A stretch of DNA of 64,000 nt, from the NCBI GenBank assembly GCA_965287045.1, contig OZ336870.1:164176001-164240000 (forward strand), in the 5' to 3' direction. Below are positions 1 through 12,627 of the stretch, in pieces (the first letter of the stretch is position 1; every line of letters begins with the position of its first letter). This stretch comes from Carcharhinus amblyrhynchos (taxonomy: Eukaryota). Under the pieces are notes generated by a model. It worked only from the letters and a program-made list of their open reading frames with translations. It was not told the origin of the DNA and searched no databases. Made by a program: the position numbers and the translations under genes.

Positions 1-1827
1 ATGGAAGTTTCAGAAGTGAGGTGATGAGATGTAGTATTGGCATGTACTATTGAAATGAGCAGAGGGTTAGGTAGCATCTGTGGAGAGAGAAACAGAGTTG
101 ATGGGCCGAATATTAAGGCCCCTCTGGTTAGCAGGATTTTCCAGTCCTGCCAAAGTCAATGGACATTTGGATGGTTCTCTGCATTTACCAGGCTGACCCC
201 CATCGCAGTGGGGAGGTAAAATTCAGCCCAATGTTTCAAATTGGTGACCCTTCCCTCGAACTGGGACGAAATAGAAATGTAGGAGGTTTAGGCAAGTGAA
301 GGATGGGTGAGGGATGAAGGGTGAATGGGAGAGTTGGGGCGGGTAGGGAGGGGGGGAAATGAGGCGCTGTGGTACTGCGTGCTGGCTAGAGAGGGCGGGC
401 AAAAGAACAAAAGGGAAGGTCTGTGATAGGGCAGGAGACAGGAGAGATTAAATAACAAAAGATTTGAGCTTAAGGCAGTGGGACAAGGAAAGAAATAAAA
501 GATGTGTCTAGAGGAGGTGTGAATGGCAGAGTAATGAACTGCGCCTGATTTTAAAACTCAAAAACAAAAGTTTGAAACCAAAAGCTGCAAAGATATAGGA
601 AAAAAAGCAGGGTCAGAGATTGGGGTCAGAGGTCAAAGATTATAGTCAAATTGTTGAGCAGAATGTCGAATCCAGATGGCCTTAAAATTCCTTAAACTTG
701 CATTAAGCTTCATTGGAACATTGTAGGAGACCAAGGATAGGGAGATCAGCAAGGTGAAGAATTAAAATGACAGGTACCATCAACCCTGTCATTTAATCTC
801 TTTCCTTCTATCACAGATGTTGCCTTTTGTTCCTTTCCCACATTTTCCCCTGTCACTTCTTCCTGGTTGACTATCTCCCAGTGCAGTCTGGGACCTGTGT
901 CATGACAGATGGTTTCCAGGCACCTAAAGCATTCTTGGTCTAAAGTTGCCTTTTTCCCATGACTTGTCCCTGGGTGCAAGGTGCTACTGCCTGCCTTTCT
1001 GGAACCTGTCTGCTGTTTCCTCCAACTTGCCTCTTATCTGATGATCTGCCTGGGTGGAGAAGGCTGACCTGAGAGACATCAGTGTCAAGCTGATAGGCCC
1101 AAACCACGGGCTCTGGATCAGTGGCCTCATTCATCTGTGGATTGAATGATCTAATGGCACCTGTCAGATCTAGATGGCACCAAGAGAGTACCAACAAGGA
1201 TTTGGAAATGGGGACATTGTTTCTGAGGTTTGGTGCCCTGACAGGCTCCCTCGCCACTTCTTGGGCGCAGAGTTGCCACATACGTGCTTCATTGATGCAA
1301 CGAAGAAACCGCTTCCCTCCTATTGCTTCAAAGATACAAATTGTCTTCCCCTTGCTCTCTGCTGGGAAGGTGACACCTTCTTATTCCTACACCTGTTTGC
1401 ATCCTTAGCCTCTGCTTGTGCTCTCTGCACCCCCAGTTGACAGCAGTGCTACATGGAAGTGGAGAAACAAGTCAGGCAGGCTTGTCAAGAAGCTCGAGGT
1501 GGAGGAACATAAGACAAGAAGTTGCTCCAGGAAATCTTCATTGAACTTGGCTCTGATTTCCTCTCAGTCATTCTCACCATTCTTTTCCTCAACTTCGACG
1601 TACTCACACAGAAAAGTAACTCCATAATGATGTGTCTCAGGTCAGCCTTCCTTACAGCACAGATGAAGGCCATTTGACCCATCGATTCCATGCCTTCTCA
1701 AGCATCTCCTCAGACATCTGAAGTGAGGGATTGGAGAGATCACAGAAGAGGAATCCATGTTCTACCATCTCACATAGAGTGACAAGAACAATTATACTGT
1801 CTAAGATTTCTCTAAGAACAACTGCCT

Positions 1828-2133
1828 AAAGTAAAGTTTATTTATTAGTCACAAGTAGGCTTACATTAACACGCAATGAAGTTACTGTGAAAATTCCCTA
1901 GATGCCACACTCCACGGCGCCTGTTTGGGTACATTGAGGGAGAATTTAGCATGGCCCATGCACCTAACCTGGTCTTCTGGACTGTGGGAGCAAACCAGAG
2001 CACCCGGAGGAAACCCACACAGACACAGGCAGAACGTGCAAACTCTGTAAAGACGGTGACCCAAGCTGGGAATCGAACCTGGGTCCCTGGGACTGAGGGA
2101 GCAGTGCTAACCACTGTGCCACCATGCTGCCCC
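1828..2133 (-). mobile_element. tRNA-derived V-SINE, tail type B (...gtaagcctacttgtgactaataaa)
   Basis: tRNA-like head and V-domain in reverse complement; many related copies in the window. Confidence 0.85.
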
Positions 2134-2786
2134 TTTTTTGTTTCTGCCTCAAACAGATCAAATCATTCGTGGTCAAAGCATCTTTTAAAAAGGACTAAAT
2201 GCCACAAGAAACAATGAGTTGGGTTTGGTGGATACTGGATGGGGCTACACAGAGAGTCAGCCTGGGAACAGATTGATCTCCATGGAGACCCTTCGTACTG
2301 AGGCTAGCAATCTTCCAGTCAGTGACTTGGGTGTTGCTGCTTATCAACATTGTGCAACAGCAGTTTAAAAGGAGACGCCCATTTTAACACTGGGGACAGG
2401 AAGAAGCCATACTGCAATATTCTGAAGGGTCCCTGGTAGCTCAAAGCTGGGCCTGAGTGAGTGTAAGAAAGGAGCACGAGTAAAGTAGAAATGAAATGGA
2501 GAACACTCAGAATATTCAGCAGCCCCGACTGCCTCTGTGGAGAGAAACTGAGTTAACATTGCACATTGCTGAGCCCCCAGATGTTGGAGATGTGTTAAGC
2601 AGCTATAGAGACAGGAAAAGGGAACAGTGAACAAAGGCAAGAAAAAAGGGAAGGTCAGTGATTTGGTATAAGTCAGGAGAGATACGGCAACAACAGGCAT
2701 GTGGTGATGTAAGGTAGAAGTAGGTGATAGTGGGATACCACCTAAGAGGTTCTAAGAAGAGACATTATTGGCAATGGCAAAATAGA

Positions 2787-3440
2787 AACGTAAGAAATAG
2801 AAGCAGGAGTGGGCCGTTCAGCACTTTGAGCCTACTCTGCCATTCATTATGATCATGGATGATCATTGAATTCAATACCCCTTCCCCCATATCCCTTGAT
2901 CCCCTTAGCACCAAGAGCTGTATCTAATTCCTTTTGAAATCAGCCAACATTTTGACCTCAACTACATTCTGTGGGAGTGAGTTCCACACATTCACCACCC
3001 TCTGGGTGAAGAAATTTCTAACCCCTAGTTCTGGACTCCCCTCACCATCGAAAACATTCTTTCTAAATCTACCCTGTCTAATCCTGTTAGAATTTTATAA
3101 GTTTCTATGAGATCTATGAGGGGAATTTCACAGTAAGTTCGTGTCAGTGTTAATGTAAGCCTTACTTGGGACTAATAAATAAAACTTTAACTTTAAACTT
3201 TAAAAGATCCCCTGTTACTCTTCTAAACTCCAGTGAATACAGTCTTAACCAACTTAGTCTCTCCTCACATGACAAACCTGCCATCCTAGGAATCAACCTG
3301 GTAAAGCTTCGCTGCACTCTGTCTGTAGCAAGGGCATCTTTCCTCAGATAAGGACACCAAAATTGCACACACTACTCCAGATGTGGCCTCATCAATGCTC
3401 ATTATAATTGCAGCAAAACCATCCTATCCCTATACTCAAA
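2787..3440 (-). mobile_element. CR1/HER1 LINE 3' fragment, interrupted by a type-B SINE tail (~3120-3200)
   Basis: ORF 3162..3368 QFWCPYLRKD...VQRSFTRLIP...LYSLEFRR is the CR1 ORF2 C-terminus. Confidence 0.85.
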
Positions 3441-4514
3441 GCCTAGCAGCTTCTGTCTGAGAAAATATGGTTAGTGGTTATGAACTGAAGTCATTGAACT
3501 GTTCATTGGCTCCAGAGGCTGTAGCATGCCTAATTGAACAATGAGAACTTACTGCTTGAGGTTCAGTGTAGGAGACAGAATGGGAGTGAGCTGGAGAATT
3601 AAACTGACAGGGTAAACGGAAGATCAAAGTCATCCAAGTAAACTGAACGGAGGTTTCCACATAGTGACCTGTCTTTAGTCTCCTCGGTGTAAAGGGGATC
3701 ACATTATGAGTAGTGAATAGTCTGTACTAAATTGATAGGAGTATGTGTTAAGCATTATTTCATATGGAAGCATGTTTTGGGAACTGGTTAACAGGAAGAG
3801 AGGAGGTAAGAAACATAGAGACATAGAAGCTAGGAACGGGAGGAGGCCATTCGGCCCTTCAAGCTTGCTCCGCCATTCATCACAACCCTGGCTGAATGTC
3901 CAATCAATAGCCCAATCCTGCTTTCTCCCTATAACCTTTGATCCTGTTCACCCCAATTGCTATATCTAGCCACCTCTTGAATATATTCAATGTTATAGAA
4001 ACAGAGCGAGTGTTACTTTCCTGGTGTGGGGAGGTACTGTGGGACAGAGAGCAGATGCTGGGGGAGATTAGGGAGCTGGACCAGGGTGACACAGAATGAG
4101 TGGTCTCTTCAGAATGGTAAAGGGAAACGAAGGGCGTGTTTGGAGGTTATGGAAATAATGAAGGGCCACCCTGAATGTGAAGACTGATGAGGTGGAAGAT
4201 GGAGAGATTAACGAGAGTTTAGTTAGCAGGATTTTCAAATGGCAGTGAGATTGGGAGTGGGGGCTTAGTGGCTAGAACCAGAGGCAGCCAGGTAGAGTAG
4301 TCTCTGTGGGAGAGCCAGTCTGCCAGTATCTTCCTGCCTCATGGCCATTCCCAAGGAGGTTGGGTCGGAGGTGCACAGGCTTCTCACAACTCAGGCAGCA
4401 GACAACCAATGACAATAATTAGGCCCCTCTCCTGGTCCTGCTGAAAAGAAGCAGCCTCCCAGCAGCTCCAGAATAATTGAGAGAGTGTCCCAATCCTTTC
4501 CCCAGTAATGGAAC

Positions 4515-4850
4515 AAAATAGTCAACATATTTTCCCAAAAGTAGGGGAGTCTAAAACTAGAGGGCATCGCTTTAAGGTGAGAGGGAGGAGATACAAAAAG
4601 ATCCAGTGCGGCAATTTTTTCACTCAGAGGAGGGTGAATGTCTGGAACAAGCTGCCAGAGGCAGTTGTAGAGGCGGGTATAATTTTGTCTTTTAAAAAGT
4701 ATTTAGTCAGTTACATGAGTAAGATGGGTATAGAAGGATATGGACCAAATGCGGGCAACTGGGACTAACTTAGTGGTTAAAAACTGGGCAGCATGGACAA
4801 GTTGGGCCAAAGGGCCTATTTCCATGGTGTAAAACTTTATGACTCCATAA
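4515..4850 (+). mobile_element. CR1/HER1 LINE 3' fragment
   Basis: TRGHRFKV...NFFTQRRVNVWNKLP...GYG motif. Confidence 0.85.
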
Positions 4851-5261
4851 ATGATGGCTACAGGTGTGACAGTTGGCTGCCATGTTGAGTGGGTTCTCCT
4901 CCACAATGGCGAGTTGGCAGCTGTGGCCATTTCTATCATCAAAACATTTAAAAGCACTGAGAGGATGCCTCCATTTTGAAGTACCTTCTCTCTCCCTTCC
5001 CTCTTGAGGGCTGCCTAGTGCTGGGAGACATCCTGCCAACCTTAATTGGATGATGGTCATTAATTCCTATGGGGGGCACAGTGATTTCCAGATTTAATCC
5101 CTTTGTAGGGGCCCCGATTTCAAAACAAAAATCCTACCCAACGTTTCAGATTGTTTCATCAGGGCGTTAAGAGATGTAACAGGGATTACAGACAGTTGAC
5201 ATGGCGACTGGCAGACTCAGGCTGTGCGCTAAAAGCTGAATGTTTCGTTCTCTTTTACCAG

Positions 5262-5339
5262 GAACAGTTTAGCAAACAGAAGGGCTACCTAGAGGAGGAG
5301 CTGGATTACAGGAAGCAGTCGCTGGACCATGCCTATATG
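5262..5339 (+). CDS. JAKMIP1: JAKMIP-family internal coding exon (EQFSKQKGYLEEELDYRKQSLDHAYM)
   Basis: Acceptor tcttttaccag|GAA, donor ATG|gtagga, 78 nt, phase 0/0. Peptide matches the conserved JAKMIP1/2/3 QKGYLEEELDYRKQ block. Paralog assignment to JAKMIP1 is inferred (RQSRE motif, terminal LWP, downstream C4orf50-like gene) and less certain than the family call. Confidence 0.9.
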
Positions 5340-5673
5340 GTAGGATCAGCATTCCTCAATGTATTTCTCAGAGTCAGGATGAAATGAAGTCTGAATGATT
5401 GGGAGATCAGCCCTGGGCAGGGTTGTATGTACTAAACACTAGCTGTAAAAATAACTAGCTCGCGAGAGAGAGAGAAAGCGGTAACTTGTTTAACCGATTC
5501 CAAAGAGGAACAGATAAAAGACTGAATCATTATCACTTACGAGTATAAGATGTGTGTCTATTATATCAGTTCTTATTCCTTCAATGTGGACATTTTCACC
5601 CATCCACTTGCAATTGGGAGGAGCACGCCTGCTGCCAGAGAAACATTGGGCAGAGGAATTCCACATTGTTCCA

Positions 5674-5976
5674 CATAGAATCCCAATAGTGCAGAAGGAG
5701 GCCATTTGGCCCATTGAGTCTGTACTGACCACATTCCCACCCAGACCTATCCCCGTAACATTCATTTACCCTGCTAATGCCCCTGACGTTAAGGTCAATT
5801 TAGCATGGCCAATCAACCTAACCAGCATACCTTTGGACTGTGGGAGAAAACTGGAGTACCCAGAGGAAACCCACGCAGACATATGGAGAAAGTGCAGACT
5901 CCACACAGACAGTGACCTGAAGCTGGAATTGAACCTGGGTCAGCAGTGCTGTAACCACTGTGCCACCATGCCAACC
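5674..5976 (-). mobile_element. HE1-type V-SINE (CR1-like tail)
   Basis: V-domain plus gggattctatg tail in reverse complement. Confidence 0.85.
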
Positions 5977-6225
5977 CTTGTGTTTGTTTCATTGTTGTAA
6001 AATGGACCTAGTGACAATCTGAGCAGTGGGGAGGCCCTCTCTTGATTTGCAGATGCACCTGAACCTCTGCCGCAGGGCCTTGATTCTAGGCAGCTCTGAA
6101 ATGAGTGGAGGCCTCATCCCATTATGGGAGAGGCTGCCCTCCATTTCATGACCCATCCATAAACTTCAACTGACTGGAGCAATTAAGGTACAGGCAAAGG
6201 GCCTGTCCTGCTCAACACTGCACTA

Positions 6226-6514
6226 GGATGGCACAGTGGTTTGCACTGGTGTCTCACACTGCCAGGGATCCCGGTTCAATTCCCAGCTTGGGTCACTGTC
6301 TGGATGGACTCTCTCCGTGTCTGTGTCGGTTTCCTCTGGCTGCTCTGGTTTCCTCCCACACTCTGAAAGACGTGCTGGTTAGGTGCAATGGCCATGTTAA
6401 ATTCTCCCTCGATGTACTCAAACAGGCGCCGGAGTGTGGAAACTAGGGGATTTTCACAGAAACCTCATTGCAGTGTTGATGTAAACCTTACTTGTGACAC
6501 TAATAAATAAATTT
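6226..6514 (+). mobile_element. V-SINE, tail type B
   Basis: tggcacagtggtt...ggttcaattccc head; cttgtgacactaataaa tail. Confidence 0.85.
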
Positions 6515-7269
6515 AAGATGGTTAAGCTGTAAATATGTTTCTTACCAGACATACTTTGATGATGAGTTGAGTTGACACCTCAGTCAGCCCACACCTGATC
6601 CTCTTCCTCTTTTCCTCATGTCCACTCATTCCAGGATTTACTTCAGTGACATTACACTTGAGGCAAATGACTCAAATCAGATTGAGTCATAGAGGTAAAG
6701 TGTGACTGTTAAAATAGGCTTAAGAACAAATTTAAAATGGAATTTGACCTTGTAGTTTGCTGTTAATGAAGTTCCCAAGAATAGGCCCAAATAAGTAAAC
6801 CGTGTTAACATCAAATATCTCTAAATTATCTTTCTTCAAGAGCATCAAATAGATTTTAAATACCAACATATGTTAGTTCACTTCTTATGGTGTTGCTCGT
6901 ACAAAGAAAATTTGCCTCACTCCTAACCCCTTTTCAAGAATAATTACATAAATAAAACTTGGTATCTAAATCTTTATTTTCTAAGTATGGAATTGTGTTT
7001 TAGTCAATACCTCAGAAATTCATCTGTTTAATGAACCAGTGTGGCAACGTGTAAAACTTGCTTTTGTAGTAAGATGTGTCAGCATTGGGGTAGTGGCACC
7101 TCAGGAAGACGATAATACATTGAAATTCCACCCAGGGGACTTAAGCCAGCTTGATGTTTCAATGCTTTATTATTGGAAGAACCATCATTCTGAGACTAAA
7201 GCATATGTTTTACTCGTGAATGAAAAGAATTCAGGCTTGAATTTAATCTGATGCCTCATATCTCTCAGA

Positions 7270-8110
7270 TGGATTTAAAAGATCCTGCACCATTATTTGA
7301 AGAAAAGTAGGAGCCTAGGATCCTGGCTAATATCCATCCTTCAAATCGACATCACTGAAAAGCAGATTACCAGATAATGATTCCGTTGCTGTTTCTGGGA
7401 TCTTGCTGCCTGCAAATTGGCTGCCATGTTTCCCACAATGCAACAGTCTACACTTCAAACGCATCTCGTTGCCTGTGGAGGGCTTGGTACCTCCTGAGGT
7501 CATGAAAGGCATTCATAAATTAATATATTTTGCCCCTTTCAAATAATTGAAGAAATCCCACGTTAAAAATCCTTCCATAAAGTGGCTCAGAAAATCAGCA
7601 AGTGTTGGCCCCTTGTCGTTTTTTTAAAAAGGTTTGCATTTGTAAAGAACCTTTCACACCTACAGGATGTCGCAAAGTGCTTTACAGCCAATGAAGTACG
7701 TGTGAAGTACAATCACTGTTCTAAGGTAGGAAATATGGTCACCAATGACCACAGCAAACTCCCACCGACATAAGCAGATAATCTCGTCTCTTCTTTGTTG
7801 TGATAGAGGTTAGAGTTATAGTGATTTACAGTGTGGAAACAGGCCCTTCAGCCCAACTTGTCCATGCCATGACTGATGAAACCAAGCATGCCGAATGCTT
7901 TCTTCACCACACTGTGACTCCACTTTCAAGGAGCTGATGTTGATTGAGGGATGAATACTGGCCTAGACACCTGGGACAAATGCCTTGTTCCCTTTCAAAA
8001 TATTGCCAAGGGACCACCTGCATCAACCTTTAAAGCTTTAAAGCTTCATCTGAAAGGTAGGGAATGCTGACAGTGTGACACTCCCTCACCCTGGAGTGGT
8101 TCCAAGTCCT
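7270..8110. mobile_element. Degenerate Deu-domain (SacSINE1-like) SINE fragments in both orientations plus a short CR1 tail
   Basis: aaagatcc..gcacc/atttgaagaa and ggatcttgctg..tgcaaattggctgcc blocks at ~7270-7520 (+); reverse copy at ~7640-8110. Confidence 0.55.
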
Positions 8111-9257
8111 GGATCACCCCAGATAACGATGGAATCTGTATAATCGATTTGTTTCTGACTTGTATTTTGTCACAATTCATAAGCACAGACATAAAGATTG
8201 ATTTAATGGCCAAATACTGCAGATACTGGAATCTGACATAAAAACAGAAAATGCTGGAGAAACTCAGCAGGTCTCACAGCATCTGTGGAGAGAGAATAGC
8301 GCATGATAGGTGTAAAGGTAAATGTTAGTGTATGCAGGAGCATGGGTTGGCATGGGATGGAATTAGGTTGGCATATTAGCTCTAAAGGACATGGGGGTGG
8401 GTGGAGGGCTTGAAATGGCGTGGGTTGGCATGGCTGAGGCATGGGGCTTTTTTTTGTTTTATTCATTTTTTGATATCTTTAACAAGTGCCAGAGGACTGA
8501 AACTGGCCTTCCTCTGCAGCCGGCAGCCTCTGAACGCTTTCCAGGGTCACCATTCTCATTTTCACCCGTGCCCGCCCCAATCCAAACATCAGAACCTCTG
8601 GAGCACTTCCTCCCAGTTTAGGTTTATGGAAACGGAATTGCCCTGATTTACCGCTCCTGACCCGGGGGCCAAAGCTCCAGCCGTTAAATGACAACATAGT
8701 TAGTGGGGCAGTGGAAATGTTGAAAACGAGCATTCAGACTGATACATGCAAAGGGATGGAAGTGAAATGGGCACAAAAACTGGGACCTGAAATTGGTGAA
8801 TTCTGTGTCGATTCCAGAAGGTTAAACTAAAAGATTATACTCACACATACAAAATATAAATGTGCAAAAGTAGTCCATTCAGCCTCTCAAGCTTGCTCCA
8901 CCATTTGATGTTGTTATGACTGATCTGTTTGTGTACCAAGTTCTACATCGACTCCTGGTTAACCTTTGAATCCCTTGCCTAACAAAAATCTATCTATCTC
9001 TGCCTTAGAAATATTCAATGCCCCACCTCCACCACCTTCTGAGGCAAAGGGTTTGAACGTCACACAGCCCTCTGAGAGAAAAAATTCCCTCATCTCCATC
9101 CTAAAAGGACGAACTTTAATTTTAAGTGTTCCCTGGTTCTGGAGTCAACCACAAGAGGAAATATCCTCCCAATGTCCATTTCTCAATACAAACATCTCAA
9201 ACTTTATCTTTATCAAAATCATCTAGAAATCTCAGTATCCATTTGTTGCTTTAAATT

Positions 9258-9510
9258 GGGCAGCACGGTGACAATACCAGCCTATGGTGACTGCACGTTC
9301 TCCCCGTATCTGCGTGGGTTTCCTCCGGGTGCTCCAGTTTCCTCCCACAGTGTGAAAGATGCGCTGGTTAGGTGCATTGGCCATGCTAAATTCTCCCTCT
9401 GTGTATGAAACAGGCGTCAGTGTGTGGTGACTCGGGGATTTTCACAGTAACTTCAGTGCAGTGTTAATGTAAGCCTACTTGTGACAATAATAAATAAACT
9501 TTAAAAACTT
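9258..9510 (+). mobile_element. V-SINE, tail type B, internally deleted head
   Basis: gggcagcacggtg start, V-domain, cttgtgacaataataaataaa tail. Confidence 0.85.
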
Positions 9511-9984
9511 GAAGGAGCAGAAAAAGGGGAATTAAAAATTACACTATCTGAAATCTTTCTGTGAAATGACACTGAAGAATCAACTAGGTTTAAATAAATT
9601 TGTGTAAATAGACAGGTTTTGATTCGTTATGGTAATCAGTGTTAATGTTGGCTGAGTAGAATATTCTCATGAACCCCCACTTTTATAATGTAGTCCCAGC
9701 ATCAATCATGTCCATAGCATAGGCAGTGTAGTCAATTGTAAGGTGGACCTCCCTTTACCCTGCCACAGGGTGATGCTAAGGAGAATGATGGTTACTTCTG
9801 CTGGTATAACCTGTGGTGTTATAGCATTACTGTCACAACTAACCATGCTCATGAATGTGAAATTTTACTTAAAATGAAGTAGCGTGCAGTTCAGAATATC
9901 TGCTCTTTGATTCCAGAACCAAGTTGAAAACTGTTGATGCAGCTAGGTGTAAAATGAATAAGATGCACTGAAGATGAGAAAGGT

Positions 9985-10228
9985 GAAGGTGAGGAGAAAC
10001 TTCGAAAGAGATGTGAGGAGCAAGTTTTTTACAGAGTCTGGTGTCTGGAACACATTGCCGGGGTGATGGCGGAGGCAGATGGATAGGGGCATTTAAGGAG
10101 CTTTTAAATAGGCACATGAATATGCAAGGAATAAAGGGATATGGACCAAGGGCAGGCAGAAGGGATTGGTTTGATTTGGCGTCATGTTTGGCACAGCATC
10201 ATGGGCCAAAGGGCTGTGTTCTATGTCC
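9985..10228 (+). mobile_element. Degenerate CR1 LINE 3' end
   Basis: tttttacagag...tctggaac...ggatatggaccaa...gggccaaagggc pattern. Confidence 0.7.
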
Positions 10229-10455
10229 TGACATACTGACAAGATATATATGTAGGGAAGTCATAAGCGTACACTTCCGCTGTGGAGAGGAGTATATTTG
10301 GATATGTGCTGTTTTGATTCAGAAAGCTAAAAGGATTGCCTCAGTGGTCCAGCGCCTGTACTGTTTTGGTGCTGTGTAGCATTGTGCTGTGTGGAATGTG
10401 ACAATCAGGCTGGCGAGAGCTGCCAAAGCATTTTCACCGCCACGCCCCTTGTCGA

Positions 10456-10687
10456 GTTACTATGGCAACGTTGGTGGAAACACAGTGACCAATTCAGAGC
10501 CTTCAAGGCTGTAGACCTCAAACTACGGCCGGCTCAGAATGAGTGTGTTTACCAGATCGGATTTAGAGTTCTTAATATCAGTGGGATGTTGTCGCCTTCT
10601 CGGCTGCTGCCTGTGATGTTGAAACTGGATATGTTGGTCATAATGCGAAGTGTCTCAACTGTTGTTGGACATGTTGCTAATGGCAAC
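10456..10687. promoter_or_regulatory. Pair of RFX X-box-like palindromes in unique intronic DNA
   Basis: GTTACTATGGCAAC (10456-10469) and GTTGCTAATGGCAAC (10673-10687). Motif match only. Confidence 0.45.
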
Positions 10688-10974
10688 AAAAGGGCACAGT
10701 AAACTTTCTAACAATAGGGTGGCGTTCCAAGGAACCTATTTTATATTGTGACCCTTTCAGTAGTCAGCCTGTTTTAGGTGTCGCTGACACTATATTGCAC
10801 AGGGTGCCCCTATTGCCCTCTTGCTTGTCTGCCTTGTGTGAATTCTGATCCTTTTGCTCGAACAGTGCTGTGGGTTTACGTCACGCGGCTAACTCTTTCC
10901 CTCACAAACAGCCTTTCGTTTTAATGAGTTAATGCCTGCTGCGTTAATATGTGTGTGTACACTCTCCTCCTCAG

Positions 10975-11178
10975 CAAATTCAGGAGCTGGAAGCCACCCT
11001 GTACAACACTTTGCAGCAGTGCCCTGGAAACAAAGTGAGTGAATCTCTGACGGAGGTGCAGAAGGAAGAGCTGAAGCTGGCAGTCGAGAAGTGGCGACGC
11101 CAGGTCCTGAGGCAGAGCCGGGAGTACGATGGTCAGATTTTACAGGAGCGTTTGGAACTGTTGCAACATGCACATCAG
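10975..11178 (+). CDS. JAKMIP1: JAKMIP-family coding exon (QIQELEATLYNTLQQ...QERLELLQHAHQ)
   Basis: Acceptor ctctcctcctcag|CAA, donor CAG|gtatta, 204 nt (68 codons), phase 0/0. Matches the JAKMIP C-terminal coiled coil. Confidence 0.92.
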
Positions 11179-11668
11179 GTATTAGACGTGCCCAGCATGT
11201 TACAGGTAGTACTCAAATCTGCTTGAAATGCTGCGCTTTGCTCCTTCAGTTAATTATTTCAAAAGTAGTGAGGTTAATCAGGCTGATTATGCCCCTTTAA
11301 CAGCCAACTCATTTTGATGTGTTTTTTTCTGAGCCAGTAAGTGGTACTTGGAGCATGTCTATTGACTTGTTTATATTGCCTTATTCAAAGGCTTAATTAA
11401 TGCAAACAGGCTACTTGCAGTCCTGAAGAAAATAAATTTCCCTGAGAAAGCTCCACATTAGACACAGAAAACGCAGGCACACGTGTAAACACTAAAGGAC
11501 TTGCCCAGTAATTAACCTTATTGCTTTGTCAAACACCTGGGCAGCACACTTATTATTTGAAGAGTTGTTTCAGTACCACATCTGCTTTTAAAGAGACAAC
11601 TTGGGCTACATGCTTTTGAGGGCAACTACTATTCTAGGATAGGGAGGGGAGGTGCTGATATGAGCCTT

Positions 11669-11977
11669 TCATAGAACCACAGAATCCCTACAGTACAGAA
11701 GGAGACCATTCAGCCCGTCAAGTCTGTGCCAACCATGATCCCACTCAGACCCTTTTCCCATAACGCCACACATTTGCCCTGCTAATCCCCTTGGCACTAG
11801 GATCAATTTAGCACGGCCAATCAACCTAATCTTTGGACTGAGAGAGGAAACCGGAGCACCCAGAGGAAACTCACACAGACATAGGGAGAATGTGTAACCA
11901 CCACACAGTGACCCGAGGCCAGGAATTGAGCCCTGGTCCCTGGCGCTGTGAGGCTAACCATAAACCACTGTGCTGCT
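11669..11977 (-). mobile_element. HE1-type V-SINE
   Basis: Full head, V-domain and tail in reverse complement. Confidence 0.85.
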
Positions 11978-12357
11978 CCAGTTATTCAGTTGTATACAGA
12001 ACAGGGCTTTTCGGAAACCTAATCTGACTAATCTCTAAATTCATACCATCACTGCTTTTATACAGAGCAACAGAGATGAATTTACAGCTGGTGGGGCTCT
12101 CTACAGCTTCATTTCCCAGCCCCTCCATCCTGTGATCTGAAGGTTGAAGCCCACTTCTCACATACGCCCTCTCATCCCACTTCACCCCTCACCACTCACA
12201 CTTCATACTCATTCTCTGGCCCCCCTCGTACCCCATTACTTTCAGTGGGGTAGTGGGGCATTTTGAGATAAAAATCAACATTGGCCATTTAATTTCCCTA
12301 TCTTCTATTATGTTGTTTTTCCATGTATTAATCACTTGAGTCCCCCAAATGTCTCCA

Positions 12358-12478
12358 AGGCTTTGACAAAGAGTCATCTGGACTCGAAATGTCAGCTCTT
12401 TTCTCTCCTTACAGATGCTACCGGACCTGCTGAGATTTTCCAGCATTTTTTCTCTTTTGGTCTGTAAACTTCTGTTTT
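12358..12478 (+). mobile_element. Penelope-like terminal repeat fragment
   Basis: gctttgacaaagagtcatctggactcgaaatgtcagc...cagatgctaccggacctgctgagattttccagcatttt; same family as ~2490-2560, ~8205-8300, ~44947-45110 and ~46400-46495. Confidence 0.6.
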
Positions 12479-12627
12479 TTGAGTGAAAAATATTATTGCC
12501 AGTTGACATTTTATTTTAAACCATAAATCACTCTTTAGTATGGTGAGACATCCATTATTCAACAGTTTAATCATGTAATTCAAGCCCATTGATAGATAAA
12601 TTACAGAGCTTTACTTACAAGATATAG

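Noticed and set aside
1866-2217. Recurrent short ORFs such as ...LRGFPPGAPVSSHS... and ...GRKPEHPEETH... throughout the window
   Set aside because: Chance translations of V-SINE copies.
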